The position numbers and the translations under genes were made by a program. The notes under the pieces were generated by a model. The model searched no databases. It saw only the letters and a list, made by a program, of their open reading frames with translations, and was not told the DNA's origin. From NCBI GenBank assembly GCA_039714215.1, contig JBDLJU010000002.1, positions 1-50,242 on the forward strand: 50,242 nt of DNA. Direction: 5' to 3'. The DNA comes from Chloroflexota bacterium (GTDB taxonomy: Bacteria > Chloroflexota > Anaerolineae > Anaerolineales > UBA11579). This document shows, one piece after another, positions 14,881 to 24,941 of the stretch (position 1 is the stretch's first letter; each line of letters opens with the position of its first letter).

Positions 14881-17490
14881 TTACTCATCACTCTGTGAAT
14901 CAACAAACCTCTTCTGCCACTCATACAGCTTGTTAAGCGCCTCCATTGGACTGAGGGCGTTGATGTCGATCTTTTTCAACTCATCGACCAGCGGGTTGGT
15001 CTCCGGGAAGAGGGCGACCTGCTTGGCCGCCTCGGGGTTGATCCGCACCGCGCTGCCTGAAGATGCCTCCAACTGCTGGAGGATCTCCTGCGCACGCCCC
15101 ACCACCGCTTTTGGTAAGCCAGCCAGCTGGCCGACATGGATCCCGTAGGAGCGGTCCGCTCCGCCGGGGATGATCTTATGCAAAAAGACCACTTTGGCAT
15201 CCGCCTCACTGACCGCCACATTGTAGTTGTGCACCCCGGGGAGCAGCTCGGAGAGCTGGGTCAGCTCGTGGTAGTGGGTGGCAAACAGGGTCTTGGCGCG
15301 CAGCTCCGGGTGGTTGTGGATATACTCGACTACCGCCCAGGCAATCGAGACGCCATCATAAGTGCTCGTCCCACGTCCTATCTCATCGAGCACCAGCAAG
15401 CTGCGCTCGGTAGCGTGGTTGAGAATATTGGCAGTTTCAACCATTTCAACCATGAAAGTCGACTGACCGGAGTGGATCTCATCCTGAGCACCGATGCGGG
15501 TAAAAATGCGGTCAACCAGCCCAATCGTGGCTGAATCAGCCGGTACGTAGCTGCCCATCTGGGCCAGCAAGGCGACCAAAGCGACCTGGCGTAAGTAAGT
15601 GGATTTTCCGCTCATGTTCGGACCGGTAATAATCCTGATCCGTTCGCCCGGCTCGAAGATCACATCATTGGGCACGAAGCGCTCCCCACCACGCAAGGTA
15701 TGTTCCACTACCGGATGGCGGCTGTCCACCACGTCAATCACATCCTCGGCGACCACCTGCGGGCAGACATAGCCCTGCACTGCGGCGACTTCGGCCAGAG
15801 TAGTGAGCACGTCAATCTCACCGATCACCCGGGCAGTTTCCAACAAAATTTCTGAAGAGCCGGCTAGCTGAATGCACAGCTCTCGGAATAAACGGGTCTC
15901 AATCTCATGGATCCGCTCTTCGGCGTTGAGCACATGCGATTCGTAATCCTTCATCTCGGGGGTGATATAGCGCTCGGCATTCACCAAAGTCTGCTTGCGA
16001 ATATAGTCCTCTGGGGCAAGGTGGGCGTTCGACTTGGTGATCTCAATATAATAACCGTGAACTTTGTTGTAACCCACCTTGAGGGATTTGATCCCCAGCC
16101 GGTCGCGTTCAACACCTTCCAGGTTGGAAATCCATTCCCTGGCAAAGCGAGAAGATTCAAGCACATCGTCCAATTCCTCAGAATAACCCGGGCGGATCAC
16201 CCCGGTATTTTGAAGCGTTGCAGGTGGTTCGACCGCCAGGGCTCGCTCAAGCAGCGCAAGCTGGCCTTCACATAAATCAAAACGCTTCAACGCCGCCTTG
16301 ATCCCGTCCTGGGAATCCGGGAGCAAACCGCGCAGTGCAGGCAGCATCATGATCGTTTCTCGAATCGCAACCAAATCACGCGGCATGGCACTGCCGCCGA
16401 TCACCCGGTTGGTGAGACGTTCCAGGTCATTCAGCGGTTTGAGCGTGGTCCGAATCTCGGCACGCAGCAGTCCATCTTCAAAAAAGCTGGTTACTGCTGC
16501 CTGGCGGGCATGGATCGCCTCTAAATCAAGCAGCGGACGGCTGACCCACTGGCGCAGCAGCCTGCCGCCCATCGGGGTGATCGTCAGGTCGAGCACGCCC
16601 AGCAAAGAGCCTTTCACCCTGCCGCCCCGGATCGTCTCGGTCAGCTCCAGGTTCCGGCGGGTGTTGGCATCTAAAACCATATATTGATCAAGGCTGTAAT
16701 AGCTGAGCCTGGTCAATAAATTCAAGGCTGCCGGTTGGGTTTCTCGTAAATACTGCAGTATCCCACCAGCAGCACGCACTGCCCAGGCACGTCCCTTGAG
16801 TCCATACCCATCCAATGAGGCGACCTCAAAATGCTGTTTGAGAGCATCCTCACAGCGCCCAGGCTCAAAGCGCCAGCTAGGCCACTCGGTGTGGTGTCCG
16901 GGCAGCCCATTATCGTGATCATCGAGTTCAAGAGTATCAGGGATCAGCAGCTCGGCTGGATGCAGGCGGTGAACTTCAGCGCGCAGGGCGTTAATCAACC
17001 CGGTGCCTGAGTACTCGGTAGCTGAGAATTCCCCGGTGGTAATATCGACATAAGCCAATCCGGCATGTTCTTCACCAAGCACCAGCGAAACCAGGTAATT
17101 GTTGCCATCTCCAGGGAGTAAGCCCGGTTCTACAATCGTACCTGGGGTCACCGTACGGACAACCTCCCGCGGCATCAACCCGTTGACCGGTTCGGTGCCG
17201 ACCTGCTCGCAGATTGCCACATGGAAGCCGCGTTCAATCAGCCTTGAGAGGTAGTTCTCGGCAGCATGGTGCGGGATCCCAGCCATTGGCACTCTTGTGC
17301 CCTTGGCCACATTTCGGGAAGTCAGCACAATATCGAGCACCTCCGAAACTTTGACGGCATCCTCGTCGAAGGTCTCGTAGAAATCTCCCAATCTAAAAAA
17401 AACGATCGAGTTTGGATGCTGCGCTTTGATATCCAGATACTGCTTGCGTACCGGGCTGATCTTGCTTGTGGTCGAAGACTGCTTTGCCAT
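14881..17490 (-). CDS. mutS: DNA mismatch repair protein MutS
   Basis: GDFYETF, Walker A GPNMSGKST, STFMVEM, DEIGRGTSTYDG. Start is either the ATG at 17490 or the GTG at 17496. Confidence 0.95.
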   Translation of the reverse strand: MAKQSSTTSKISPVRKQYLDIKAQHPNSIVFFRLGDFYETFDEDAVKVSEVLDIVLTSRNVAKGTRVPMAGIPHHAAENYLSRLIERGFHVAICEQVGTEPVNGLMPREVVRTVTPGTIVEPGLLPGDGNNYLVSLVLGEEHAGLAYVDITTGEFSATEYSGTGLINALRAEVHRLHPAELLIPDTLELDDHDNGLPGHHTEWPSWRFEPGRCEDALKQHFEVASLDGYGLKGRAWAVRAAGGILQYLRETQPAALNLLTRLSYYSLDQYMVLDANTRRNLELTETIRGGRVKGSLLGVLDLTITPMGGRLLRQWVSRPLLDLEAIHARQAAVTSFFEDGLLRAEIRTTLKPLNDLERLTNRVIGGSAMPRDLVAIRETIMMLPALRGLLPDSQDGIKAALKRFDLCEGQLALLERALAVEPPATLQNTGVIRPGYSEELDDVLESSRFAREWISNLEGVERDRLGIKSLKVGYNKVHGYYIEITKSNAHLAPEDYIRKQTLVNAERYITPEMKDYESHVLNAEERIHEIETRLFRELCIQLAGSSEILLETARVIGEIDVLTTLAEVAAVQGYVCPQVVAEDVIDVVDSRHPVVEHTLRGGERFVPNDVIFEPGERIRIITGPNMSGKSTYLRQVALVALLAQMGSYVPADSATIGLVDRIFTRIGAQDEIHSGQSTFMVEMVETANILNHATERSLLVLDEIGRGTSTYDGVSIAWAVVEYIHNHPELRAKTLFATHYHELTQLSELLPGVHNYNVAVSEADAKVVFLHKIIPGGADRSYGIHVGQLAGLPKAVVGRAQEILQQLEASSGSAVRINPEAAKQVALFPETNPLVDELKKIDINALSPMEALNKLYEWQKRFVDSQSDE

Positions 17491-17641
17491 ACTCACATTC
17501 TAAAGCGGGGAGGCGTTTTGAGCAAGCAGATCACGACTTTCCAGACTTCTTTGTGAATATTTATACAAGATTCTAGGCACAGTTATTCAACTGGGGTATA
17601 ATTTGATCACTATACATGCGACGAAAGCGAGGTACAAGATC

Positions 17642-18742
17642 ATGGCAAGTGTTACGTACGATCACGTTACAAAGAAGTTTGGCGAGGTAATCGCCGTCAA
17701 TGACCTGAATATTGAGGTCGAAGATAAAGAGTTTTTGGTATTGGTAGGTCCTTCTGGGTGCGGAAAATCAACAGCATTGCGTTGTTTGGCCGGGCTTGAA
17801 GAAATCGACGAAGGCGAGATCAAGATTGGCGAAAAAATCGTCAACGACATCGCCCCGAAAGACCGTGACATTGCGATGGTCTTTCAATCCTACGCTCTCT
17901 ATCCCCACATGTCCGTTTTTGACAACATGGCCTTCGGGCTGAAGCTGCGCAAAATGGACAAAACCGAGATAAAGCGCCGAGTAGATAATGCCGCAGCGAT
18001 CCTCGGTATTGAGGAACTGCTCAAGCGCAAACCCCGCCAGCTTTCTGGTGGTCAGCGCCAGCGTGTGGCAGTCGGGCGAGCCATCGTTCGGGAACCGAAC
18101 GTGTTCCTCCTCGACGAACCGCTCTCCAACCTGGATGCAAAATTGCGCGTGCAGATGCGTGCTGAGATCAGCAAGCTGCACAAACGCCTGGAAACTACCT
18201 TCATCTATGTGACCCATGACCAGGTAGAGGCAATGACGATGGCTTCCCGGATCGCGGTGATGAACCTCGGCTTGCTCCAGCAAATCGACACACCGAGGAC
18301 ACTGTATGACCGCCCAGCGAATAAATTTGTTGCTGGCTTCATCGGCTCTCCATCAATGAATTTCTTCCCTGCAAAAATCATTAAAAACGACCACAATATG
18401 TTCATCGATACCGGCGATTTCAGCCTGGTGATCCCTTCCGAAAAAGCAGCCCCCTTCAAAGACTACATCGACAAAGAGGTGACCTTTGGGATCCGCCCAG
18501 AAGATGTGCATGACCCCGACTTTGCACCCGGCGGGATCATTGAGGCTAAACTAAAAGCCAAGGTGGATGTGATTGAGATGATGGGTAACGAAAGCTTTAC
18601 CTACTTCTCCACTGGCAACCATGAGTTCATCGGGCGGATCGACCCCCGTTCGACCTTTGCATATGGTGATGAAATTGAAGTTGCCATCGATATGAGCAAC
18701 TTCCAAATCTTTGACAAAGATACTGAACTAGCCATTCGCTAA
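17642..18742 (+). CDS. sugar ABC transporter ATP-binding protein (MalK/UgpC/MsiK type)
   Basis: ATG at 17642 gives [47 protein letters not shown], and a C-terminal MalK-like regulatory domain. No permease or binding-protein gene lies nearby. Confidence 0.9.
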   Translation: MASVTYDHVTKKFGEVIAVNDLNIEVEDKEFLVLVGPSGCGKSTALRCLAGLEEIDEGEIKIGEKIVNDIAPKDRDIAMVFQSYALYPHMSVFDNMAFGLKLRKMDKTEIKRRVDNAAAILGIEELLKRKPRQLSGGQRQRVAVGRAIVREPNVFLLDEPLSNLDAKLRVQMRAEISKLHKRLETTFIYVTHDQVEAMTMASRIAVMNLGLLQQIDTPRTLYDRPANKFVAGFIGSPSMNFFPAKIIKNDHNMFIDTGDFSLVIPSEKAAPFKDYIDKEVTFGIRPEDVHDPDFAPGGIIEAKLKAKVDVIEMMGNESFTYFSTGNHEFIGRIDPRSTFAYGDEIEVAIDMSNFQIFDKDTELAIR

Positions 18743-18761
18743 TCAATCAACTATTATTAAA

Positions 18762-18791
18762 ATATCCCTGCCTTCGCAGGGATATTTTTTT
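18762..18791 (+). terminator. rho-independent terminator
   Basis: atatccctg-ccttcg-cagggatat followed by a T-run. Confidence 0.75.
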
Positions 18792-18816
18792 CTACTCAGA
18801 ATAGAAGGAGAACTCT

Positions 18817-20025
18817 ATGCCATTTAACTACCTTCCCCCGCTCCACCAACCCAACGAGACCAAGATCGCTTTGTTGATCCTTGATGGTCTTGGCGGTCTG
18901 CCAATCCAGCCCGGCGGAAAGACTGAGCTGGAAACCGCCAATACCCCGGTGATGGATCGCTTGGCGGCCGAAGGCACCCTCGGTCAAATTGTTCCCATCC
19001 GTCCAGGGATCACCCCGGGATCAGGCCCTGCCCACCTGGCATTATTTGGCTACGATCCGATTCAGTACATGGTTGGCCGCGGCGCGCTTTCTGCCAGCGG
19101 TGTCGGGATCAAGATTAAGCCCGGTGATATCGCTGTGCGAGGTAATTTTTGCTCTTTGGACAGCAGCGGTAAGATCACCGACCGGCGCGCTGGTCGGATT
19201 TCTACCGAAACCGCCCTCCCCCTCGTGGAAAAGCTCAACCAGATCACACTGCCAGATGTTGAAATCGAAGTAAAAGTAGTCAAAGAATACCGCTTTACCG
19301 TGGTGATCCGTGGAGAAAATTTGCATGCAGAGATCGAGGATACCGATCCACAGACCACGGGCGTCCCCCCACTGAAAGTCACGGCAATCGAACCCCATGC
19401 GGAAGCCACCGCAGCAATATTCCAGGATTTTGTTGATGCTGCCAACGCAGAATTGGCTGATCAGCCTCAGGCAAACGGAATCACCCTGCGGGGTTTTGCA
19501 ACCAACCCCGGCCTGCCCCAATTCCAGGAAATTTACGGGCTGGACCCAGCCTGTGTCGCCGTTTACCCAATGTACCGCGGCGTTTCCCATCTCGTGGGCA
19601 TGGATGTGATCCAATTTGATGGCGAATATCCCACCGATGAATTCGCTGCCACAGCCAAACACTGGGACCAGCATAACTTTTTCTTCATCCATATCAAAAA
19701 GACGGACAGTATGGGCGAAGACGGGAACTTTGACGGCAAAGTCAAAATCATCGAGAGCGTCGATCAGGCATTAGAACAACTGCTGGCACTTAAGCCAGAT
19801 GTGCTGGTAATCACCGGAGACCATTCCACTCCCGCCAAGATGCGGGCACACTCCTGGCACCCGGTTCCTCTACTTTTATGGGCGCCCGAAACCCACCTGG
19901 CAGACACACAAACCACCTTCGGGGAGCGCGCCTGCGCCCAGGGCGGTCTGGGCACTTTCCCGGCCACTGATATCATTCCCCTGATGCTCGGTCATGCCGG
20001 GAAACTGACGAAGTACGGTGCATAA
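18817..20025 (+). CDS. apgM: cofactor-independent phosphoglycerate mutase, archaeal type
   Basis: 402 aa. LLILDGLGG, PGSGPAHLALFGYDP, ITGDHSTP. GGAG lies upstream. Confidence 0.75.
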   Translation: MPFNYLPPLHQPNETKIALLILDGLGGLPIQPGGKTELETANTPVMDRLAAEGTLGQIVPIRPGITPGSGPAHLALFGYDPIQYMVGRGALSASGVGIKIKPGDIAVRGNFCSLDSSGKITDRRAGRISTETALPLVEKLNQITLPDVEIEVKVVKEYRFTVVIRGENLHAEIEDTDPQTTGVPPLKVTAIEPHAEATAAIFQDFVDAANAELADQPQANGITLRGFATNPGLPQFQEIYGLDPACVAVYPMYRGVSHLVGMDVIQFDGEYPTDEFAATAKHWDQHNFFFIHIKKTDSMGEDGNFDGKVKIIESVDQALEQLLALKPDVLVITGDHSTPAKMRAHSWHPVPLLLWAPETHLADTQTTFGERACAQGGLGTFPATDIIPLMLGHAGKLTKYGA

Positions 20026-20160
20026 GCCACCCATCTGGTTGGTGAACAGCCTGGTAAAAAGCTCGGCAACAGACCTGTTACGCTATTGAAACGTCCTCTT
20101 ACCCGGTCTATGGCACACTTATCCTACGCCTTCATGTTAATTACTGGTTAAGGAACAAGC

Positions 20161-20583
20161 ATGGTATCAAACAGCCCAGATAGCTCAAAACCTATCGCTG
20201 CCGCGTATTTGATCGTCAACAGCGAAGTTTTTGCGATCAGTGGAGGTTTGACCAATATCGGGCGCAAACTCGATAACCATATCGTGCTGAATGACCCACG
20301 CGTTTCCCGCAACCATGCCCAAATCCGGATAGTGGACAACCAGTACATCTTACTGGACCTCAACTCCACCGGTGGGACCACGGTCAACGACCTGAAAGTT
20401 TCCAAGAGCGTGCTGTACTCTGGTGATGCGATCTCACTGGCAGGGGTCGCAATCAAATTTGTGCAAGACGCTCCCCGGATGATCTCAAAATCACTCGACC
20501 GCACGGGCCCGCTGGCAAATTTCAAAGTTGAAGAGGAATCCACCAAAGTAATCGATAACCAGGATGACCGTCAACCTGAATAA
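20161..20583 (+). CDS. FHA domain-containing protein
   Basis: 140 aa. NIGRKLDNHIVLNDPRVSRNHAQIRIVDNQYILLDLNSTGGTTVN is a canonical FHA core. Confidence 0.8.
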   Translation: MVSNSPDSSKPIAAAYLIVNSEVFAISGGLTNIGRKLDNHIVLNDPRVSRNHAQIRIVDNQYILLDLNSTGGTTVNDLKVSKSVLYSGDAISLAGVAIKFVQDAPRMISKSLDRTGPLANFKVEEESTKVIDNQDDRQPE

Positions 20584-20608
20584 ATCTACCACCGTCTAAG
20601 ATAAAAAT

Positions 20609-20645
20609 AAACGCCACCAGCCTGATCATTCCGCTGGTGGCGTTT
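20609..20645. terminator. bidirectional rho-independent terminator between convergent genes
   Basis: aaacgccaccagc-(11 nt)-gctggtggcgttt, a 13-bp stem with A/T runs on both sides. Confidence 0.75.
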
Positions 20646-20663
20646 CTATTTTGAAATATTTGT

Positions 20664-21332
20664 TTAGCTTTTAATACGAACCGGAGCCCAACGCCAAATC
20701 CCCAATCCCAACACAAAAGTGAATACCCCAACGAAGGTGAAGGCATCCTGCCAAAAGCGGATCGGGAATAAGCGGATCAAGGTATCCGAATATAAGAACA
20801 GCCAGCTGTCCCCTTCAAAAAAGAGATGGTGGAAGCTGGTGAAAACCTGATTGAAATTCAAGAAAACCAGGAATACCAGCGTGCCCAGCAGCACCACAGT
20901 AAATACCCCCCCCACCGAGAGCATTTTTCGGAAATCATTCCACCATCCCCCGAACCAGGCCCAGGCGGCTAAACCCGCAAACACTCCCAGGCTCCAATAC
21001 CAGCCCTTCAGCACGGATTGGGTCAGAACCTTCACGTCGACCATATGGCGAAGCTCACGATCGTTGTATGCGGGGGTGCCGTCGGCAAACGAAACCTCCT
21101 CCAGGAAAGTAATATCCTCAGCATTGAGCAGATACGCCAATGCAAACGAAGCCATCCCCAGGCGTTCTTCCTGGCTCATGCCATAATTATCTTCCGGGAA
21201 ATACGGCATGCCGTACTCTACCGTGACAAAAGTGTCGGTGAGCAGCATCCGCACCCCGGTGAGCAGCAGAATAAAGAGCAGCAGTATCGCCACCACTACC
21301 TGGAGAATATTTTTTAGAATTTTGTTGTCCAT
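20664..21332 (-). CDS. TIGR01906/DUF1461-family integral membrane protein (family of the lipoprotein intramolecular transacylase Lit)
   Basis: 222 aa. Layout is one TM helix, a ~90-aa loop containing ELRHMVDVKVL, then three TM helices with FHHLFFEGDSWLF. Its start overlaps the upstream gene's stop by 1 nt at 21332. Confidence 0.55.
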   Translation of the reverse strand: MDNKILKNILQVVVAILLLFILLLTGVRMLLTDTFVTVEYGMPYFPEDNYGMSQEERLGMASFALAYLLNAEDITFLEEVSFADGTPAYNDRELRHMVDVKVLTQSVLKGWYWSLGVFAGLAAWAWFGGWWNDFRKMLSVGGVFTVVLLGTLVFLVFLNFNQVFTSFHHLFFEGDSWLFLYSDTLIRLFPIRFWQDAFTFVGVFTFVLGLGIWRWAPVRIKS

Positions 21333-22885
21333 TATTTTAGTTCCTGATAATCACCGGAAAAGACATAGGTGAGCACCATCCGGTTGACCACCCATTCGAT
21401 CGGCGCTTTGTCGTCTGTAAATACAATTGTTGGTCTGGGCAGCGGTTGGTAATTGACCGCAGTCCGCTCAATCGCCGTGACCAGCAGCGGATGCACGCCA
21501 GGCTGGACGATCAGCTCCCCGTAATTTTGCACCAGGTTCTCAAGCGAAGTTGGCTGAATCGTAGCGTAGACCATCGAGTTAAAGGTATAGGGAATATCCA
21601 TCACATGGATGCTGGGATAAACCTGCGCGAGGGTGGTTACCAGGGCATCGATCAGGCTGCGGTCGTTGTTGGAGCGCCCCACATTGATCACCAGCACGCC
21701 ATTTTCGGTGAGGTGCTCACGGGTGACTTCAAAAAACTCTACTGTGGTGAGATGCCAGGGAATATATGGCGGCCGGTAAGCATCGATCCCGATTAAGGAG
21801 TATTGATATTCGCTGTGGGCCAACCCCCAACGGCCATCGGCGGCGACGGCATTCAGATTGGGCATCGTCATCCCGAAGTACTCCTGCCCGACGGCGATGA
21901 TCGCCGGATCAATTTCATAGCCATCGATCGGGATTTCTCCAAACACGGCTGTGGCCTGCCGGGCAGTTGTCCCCGCGGCCAGACCAATAATTGCGATCCG
22001 TTCCACATCCTCGGGTTTGTACCCGGGGGAATTAAAAAAAGGGCCAACCAGGAACTGGCTCCACGGCCCAGCATAATCCAGGACCTGCGGGTGATACATC
22101 GAGTGCACCCCCTGCCCATCATTCAAGCGCAGCATCACATACTCGTTCCTCTCCACAACTTCAATGTAATTGTAGGAGGATTCCTGTTCAAATACCTGAC
22201 CTTCAGTAGTTTTTAACGGTCCGCTGGCCCACAGCCAGACAAAGGCCGCCAGCAGCAGCGGCATCCACAGCCAGCGAAGCGCCTGCTTCCAGCCCTCTGA
22301 TTTCGCCATCCCGAACAATGCCACCGCCATCAGGTAGCCGCTCATGATCACAAAGGTATAAGTGGTCCCCACCAGGGGAATGAAAAGCAAGACTGGTAAA
22401 AACGTCCCGATGAAGGATCCCAGGGTCGAGGTGGCGTAGATCCGACCAGAGGTTTTCCCTGCCTCGTCGGCATCCGTGATCGCCAATCTGATCGCAAACG
22501 GGGACATCGTGCCAAATAATGTGATCGGGATGATGAATAAGATCATCACTGTGGCAAAAGAGCCAAACAGCACGCCGAGTTCCAGGCTATCAAATGCGCT
22601 CGCAGCAAAACGGAGCACTGGCTTGGATGCCAAAGGCACGACCCCCGCGGTAAATGCTCCAAGCAGCATGATTAGAAAGAAGGTTTTGTAGTTTGGGTGT
22701 TTATCCGCCAATCTGCCCCCCACGAAATAACCAGCAGTCAGGTAAATCAAGATCAACCCAATGATGCTCGACCAGACCAGGTTGCTGGTGCCAAACACGT
22801 TCCCAAGCAATCGTTCAGCCGTCATTTCAACTGCCAATGTCACCAGACCAGAGGAAAATACAGAAAAATATAAATAACGCCTCAA
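21332..22885 (-). CDS. fused MFS-like membrane domain / spermidine synthase-like protein
   Basis: Track start is TTG 22915. AAAGGAGAA followed 8 nt later by the TTG at 22883-22885 gives MRRYLYFSVFSSGLVTLAVEM. The C-terminal methyltransferase-fold region carries IAIIGLAAGTTARQ and GYEIDPAII. Confidence 0.7.
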   Translation of the reverse strand: MRRYLYFSVFSSGLVTLAVEMTAERLLGNVFGTSNLVWSSIIGLILIYLTAGYFVGGRLADKHPNYKTFFLIMLLGAFTAGVVPLASKPVLRFAASAFDSLELGVLFGSFATVMILFIIPITLFGTMSPFAIRLAITDADEAGKTSGRIYATSTLGSFIGTFLPVLLFIPLVGTTYTFVIMSGYLMAVALFGMAKSEGWKQALRWLWMPLLLAAFVWLWASGPLKTTEGQVFEQESSYNYIEVVERNEYVMLRLNDGQGVHSMYHPQVLDYAGPWSQFLVGPFFNSPGYKPEDVERIAIIGLAAGTTARQATAVFGEIPIDGYEIDPAIIAVGQEYFGMTMPNLNAVAADGRWGLAHSEYQYSLIGIDAYRPPYIPWHLTTVEFFEVTREHLTENGVLVINVGRSNNDRSLIDALVTTLAQVYPSIHVMDIPYTFNSMVYATIQPTSLENLVQNYGELIVQPGVHPLLVTAIERTAVNYQPLPRPTIVFTDDKAPIEWVVNRMVLTYVFSGDYQELK

Positions 22886-23029
22886 ATTAACTTCTCCTTT
22901 GATTGTTTCGGTCAAACGGTTGGATTATATCCTACTTAATTCGCAAATTCTGCGTTTTTTAGTGCATAATAGAAGGGAGGTTGAACGCGCGCTCACTGAC
23001 AGGTTCAAAAAGAGAGTAAACCAACCACG

Positions 23030-23584
23030 ATGAAAAATCTAAACTACAAACCTTACCCGGTCTGCTACACGCCAATGGATAGTTCCCTTCTGGGGAGGAT
23101 TTGGATCGCGGCGCGTGAAAGTGGTGTGGTATTTCTAGACTTCAGTGAATCCGAAGCCGGCTTTATTGCCATCCTCAGTGAGTATCTGGAGAATTTCAAA
23201 GGTGAACCACAGCTCCGCCTCGACCCGACCAGCCTTTCGCCGTACCTGGAAACCCTGAACGCGTATTTTGATCACAAAACCCCGATTCCAGGTGATTTTC
23301 CTTTAGAAACTGCCTGCCTGACCGATTTCCAATGCGATGTGCTCAAACTCGTCCAGGCAATCCCTTTTGGCACGGTGGCTACATACGGTGATCTCGCCGA
23401 TAAGCTTTCCAATCCCAATGCCTCCCGAGCAGTCGGGCAGGTGCTCCGCCGCAACCCGCTGCCGATCATTATCCCCTGCCATCGGATCGTGAAAGCAGGC
23501 GGAAATATTGGGGGATATGGGGGCATTTTAGGGAGTGAGCGAAAAGTCGCCCTCCTCAAGCATGAAGGCGTGATTTTAGCCTAA
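23030..23584 (+). CDS. ogt: methylated-DNA--protein-cysteine methyltransferase
   Basis: 184 aa with the IPCHRIV active site and ATYGDLA. Confidence 0.9.
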   Translation: MKNLNYKPYPVCYTPMDSSLLGRIWIAARESGVVFLDFSESEAGFIAILSEYLENFKGEPQLRLDPTSLSPYLETLNAYFDHKTPIPGDFPLETACLTDFQCDVLKLVQAIPFGTVATYGDLADKLSNPNASRAVGQVLRRNPLPIIIPCHRIVKAGGNIGGYGGILGSERKVALLKHEGVILA

Positions 23585-23709
23585 AAACCAGCTTTTTCAC
23601 CATCATAATTTTGTCATGGGGTTGGTACTATTGTAAGATTGTTGCCCCCTTCTTTATCTAATATAATACCGTTAACAAAATTTGATTTTATTGGTATTTA
23701 AGGTGATTT

Positions 23710-23946
23710 ATGATTTCAACCGTAGTAACTGCATCGACTGCCTCAATAGCTACTAACATAACAGGGCCCCTGACCGTTATTGGTGTGGTCTTATTAATTG
23801 CTGTTCTGATTCAAAAAGAGTTAATTGGCTCAAGTGAGTCCGCAATCAGCAAGCGCATCAATCAAGTATTGAATATCGCTGTGCCCCCACTGGTCTTATC
23901 ATTTATTGGCTTGGTTGTTGTCAAAGTGATGACCTTCTTTAACTAA
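23710..23946 (+). CDS. small two-TM membrane protein, unknown function
   Basis: 78 aa. AAGGTGA lies upstream and a terminator downstream. AT-rich like the adjacent island. Coding status is not independently supported. Confidence 0.45.
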   Translation: MISTVVTASTASIATNITGPLTVIGVVLLIAVLIQKELIGSSESAISKRINQVLNIAVPPLVLSFIGLVVVKVMTFFN

Positions 23947-23967
23947 GTATACTACCCAGAAATATTG

Positions 23968-23997
23968 AGAGCTCCGGGCTCCCCGAGCTCTTTTTTT
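23968..23997. terminator. rho-independent terminator between convergent genes
   Basis: agagctccggg-ctc-cccgagctct followed by T7. Confidence 0.65.
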
Positions 23998-24035
23998 AAT
24001 CGAACGTATTTCTAATATAAAAACAGCAAGCTGCT

Positions 24036-24941
24036 CTATATTAATGGACTAATCCAATTGAGAATATAATCAATAAGCTGATTAAAACTCATATCTCCTA
24101 TAAGGTGAGGGAACACCAGGAGCAAACCGATATTGGTGAGCCCATGTGCGATTGAAACTCCCAGGAGGGAACCCGAGGAATTTGTTACCAACCCAAATAA
24201 GATCGCTACCCCGAAAACAAACAGCACATCAGCGATGGAGCCATAACCAACATGAAGTACCGCAAACAAAATTGCGCTGAAAGTAATCCCATACCGCCCG
24301 TAAACTGTGATCGCCGCCTGCTGGATCAAACCTCGAAAGAGGACCTCCTCCAATACCCCGGTGAAAATTATCAGCACGAACGCAGGAACCAGCATCGCCT
24401 CAATCGTGAATTCTGGGACAACAGGTGCAGGTTTCAGAATATAATACTCCCACAACCCCAGTGGAACTCCGACAACACCGAACAACAATTGAAAAGGGAG
24501 TTTCCCTAAATTGATCCCCAGTCGTTTGGCAGAGATCCTGGAAAACCGGTTAGCAAAAAACATGCCAATATAAACCAACACGCCAACCCAGAAATACGAT
24601 AACAGTGGATCTGGTTTCTTATCTTGAGCAAGTTTTAAGCTGGCGAGGGCAACCGGTAAAGATAAACTAATCACCCGCATCAGCGGGGCGACAGAAAGGG
24701 TGAGATACAATCTTCGAAAACGGATGGAATTGTCCAACGCACCGTGGATCATCAAAGCGACCAATACAATACTGTGCAGGATCAGCCCAAGGGACGGAGC
24801 CCGCAAATTGGTTAACACCTCCGCAACGATCAGCAATTGTAAGTAAAATAAAGGGGTGAAGTTGGCACCCTCAGGGAGTTTAAAATATTCGCCAAAAATG
24901 GCGAACCGACCTTGATTCGATCCTGAATCGTCTATCATCAT
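24036..24941 (-). CDS. CPBP-family intramembrane glutamic endopeptidase (CAAX protease/Abi type)
   Basis: 301 aa with EEVLFRGLIQ, FAVLHV and AHGLTN motifs in successive TM helices. Its start overlaps the upstream stop (TGATG at 24941). Confidence 0.8.
   Translation of the reverse strand: MMIDDSGSNQGRFAIFGEYFKLPEGANFTPLFYLQLLIVAEVLTNLRAPSLGLILHSIVLVALMIHGALDNSIRFRRLYLTLSVAPLMRVISLSLPVALASLKLAQDKKPDPLLSYFWVGVLVYIGMFFANRFSRISAKRLGINLGKLPFQLLFGVVGVPLGLWEYYILKPAPVVPEFTIEAMLVPAFVLIIFTGVLEEVLFRGLIQQAAITVYGRYGITFSAILFAVLHVGYGSIADVLFVFGVAILFGLVTNSSGSLLGVSIAHGLTNIGLLLVFPHLIGDMSFNQLIDYILNWISPLI

Noticed and set aside
17395-17402. A8/T8 homopolymer tracts inside coding regions as phase-variation switches: the mutS N-terminus at 17395-17402, plus 447-454, 10507-10514, 26283-26290 and 31766-31773.
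   Set aside because: Eight A/T residues is short for efficient slipped-strand switching. All tracts are in frame in intact ORFs. Without population data there is no evidence of length variation.
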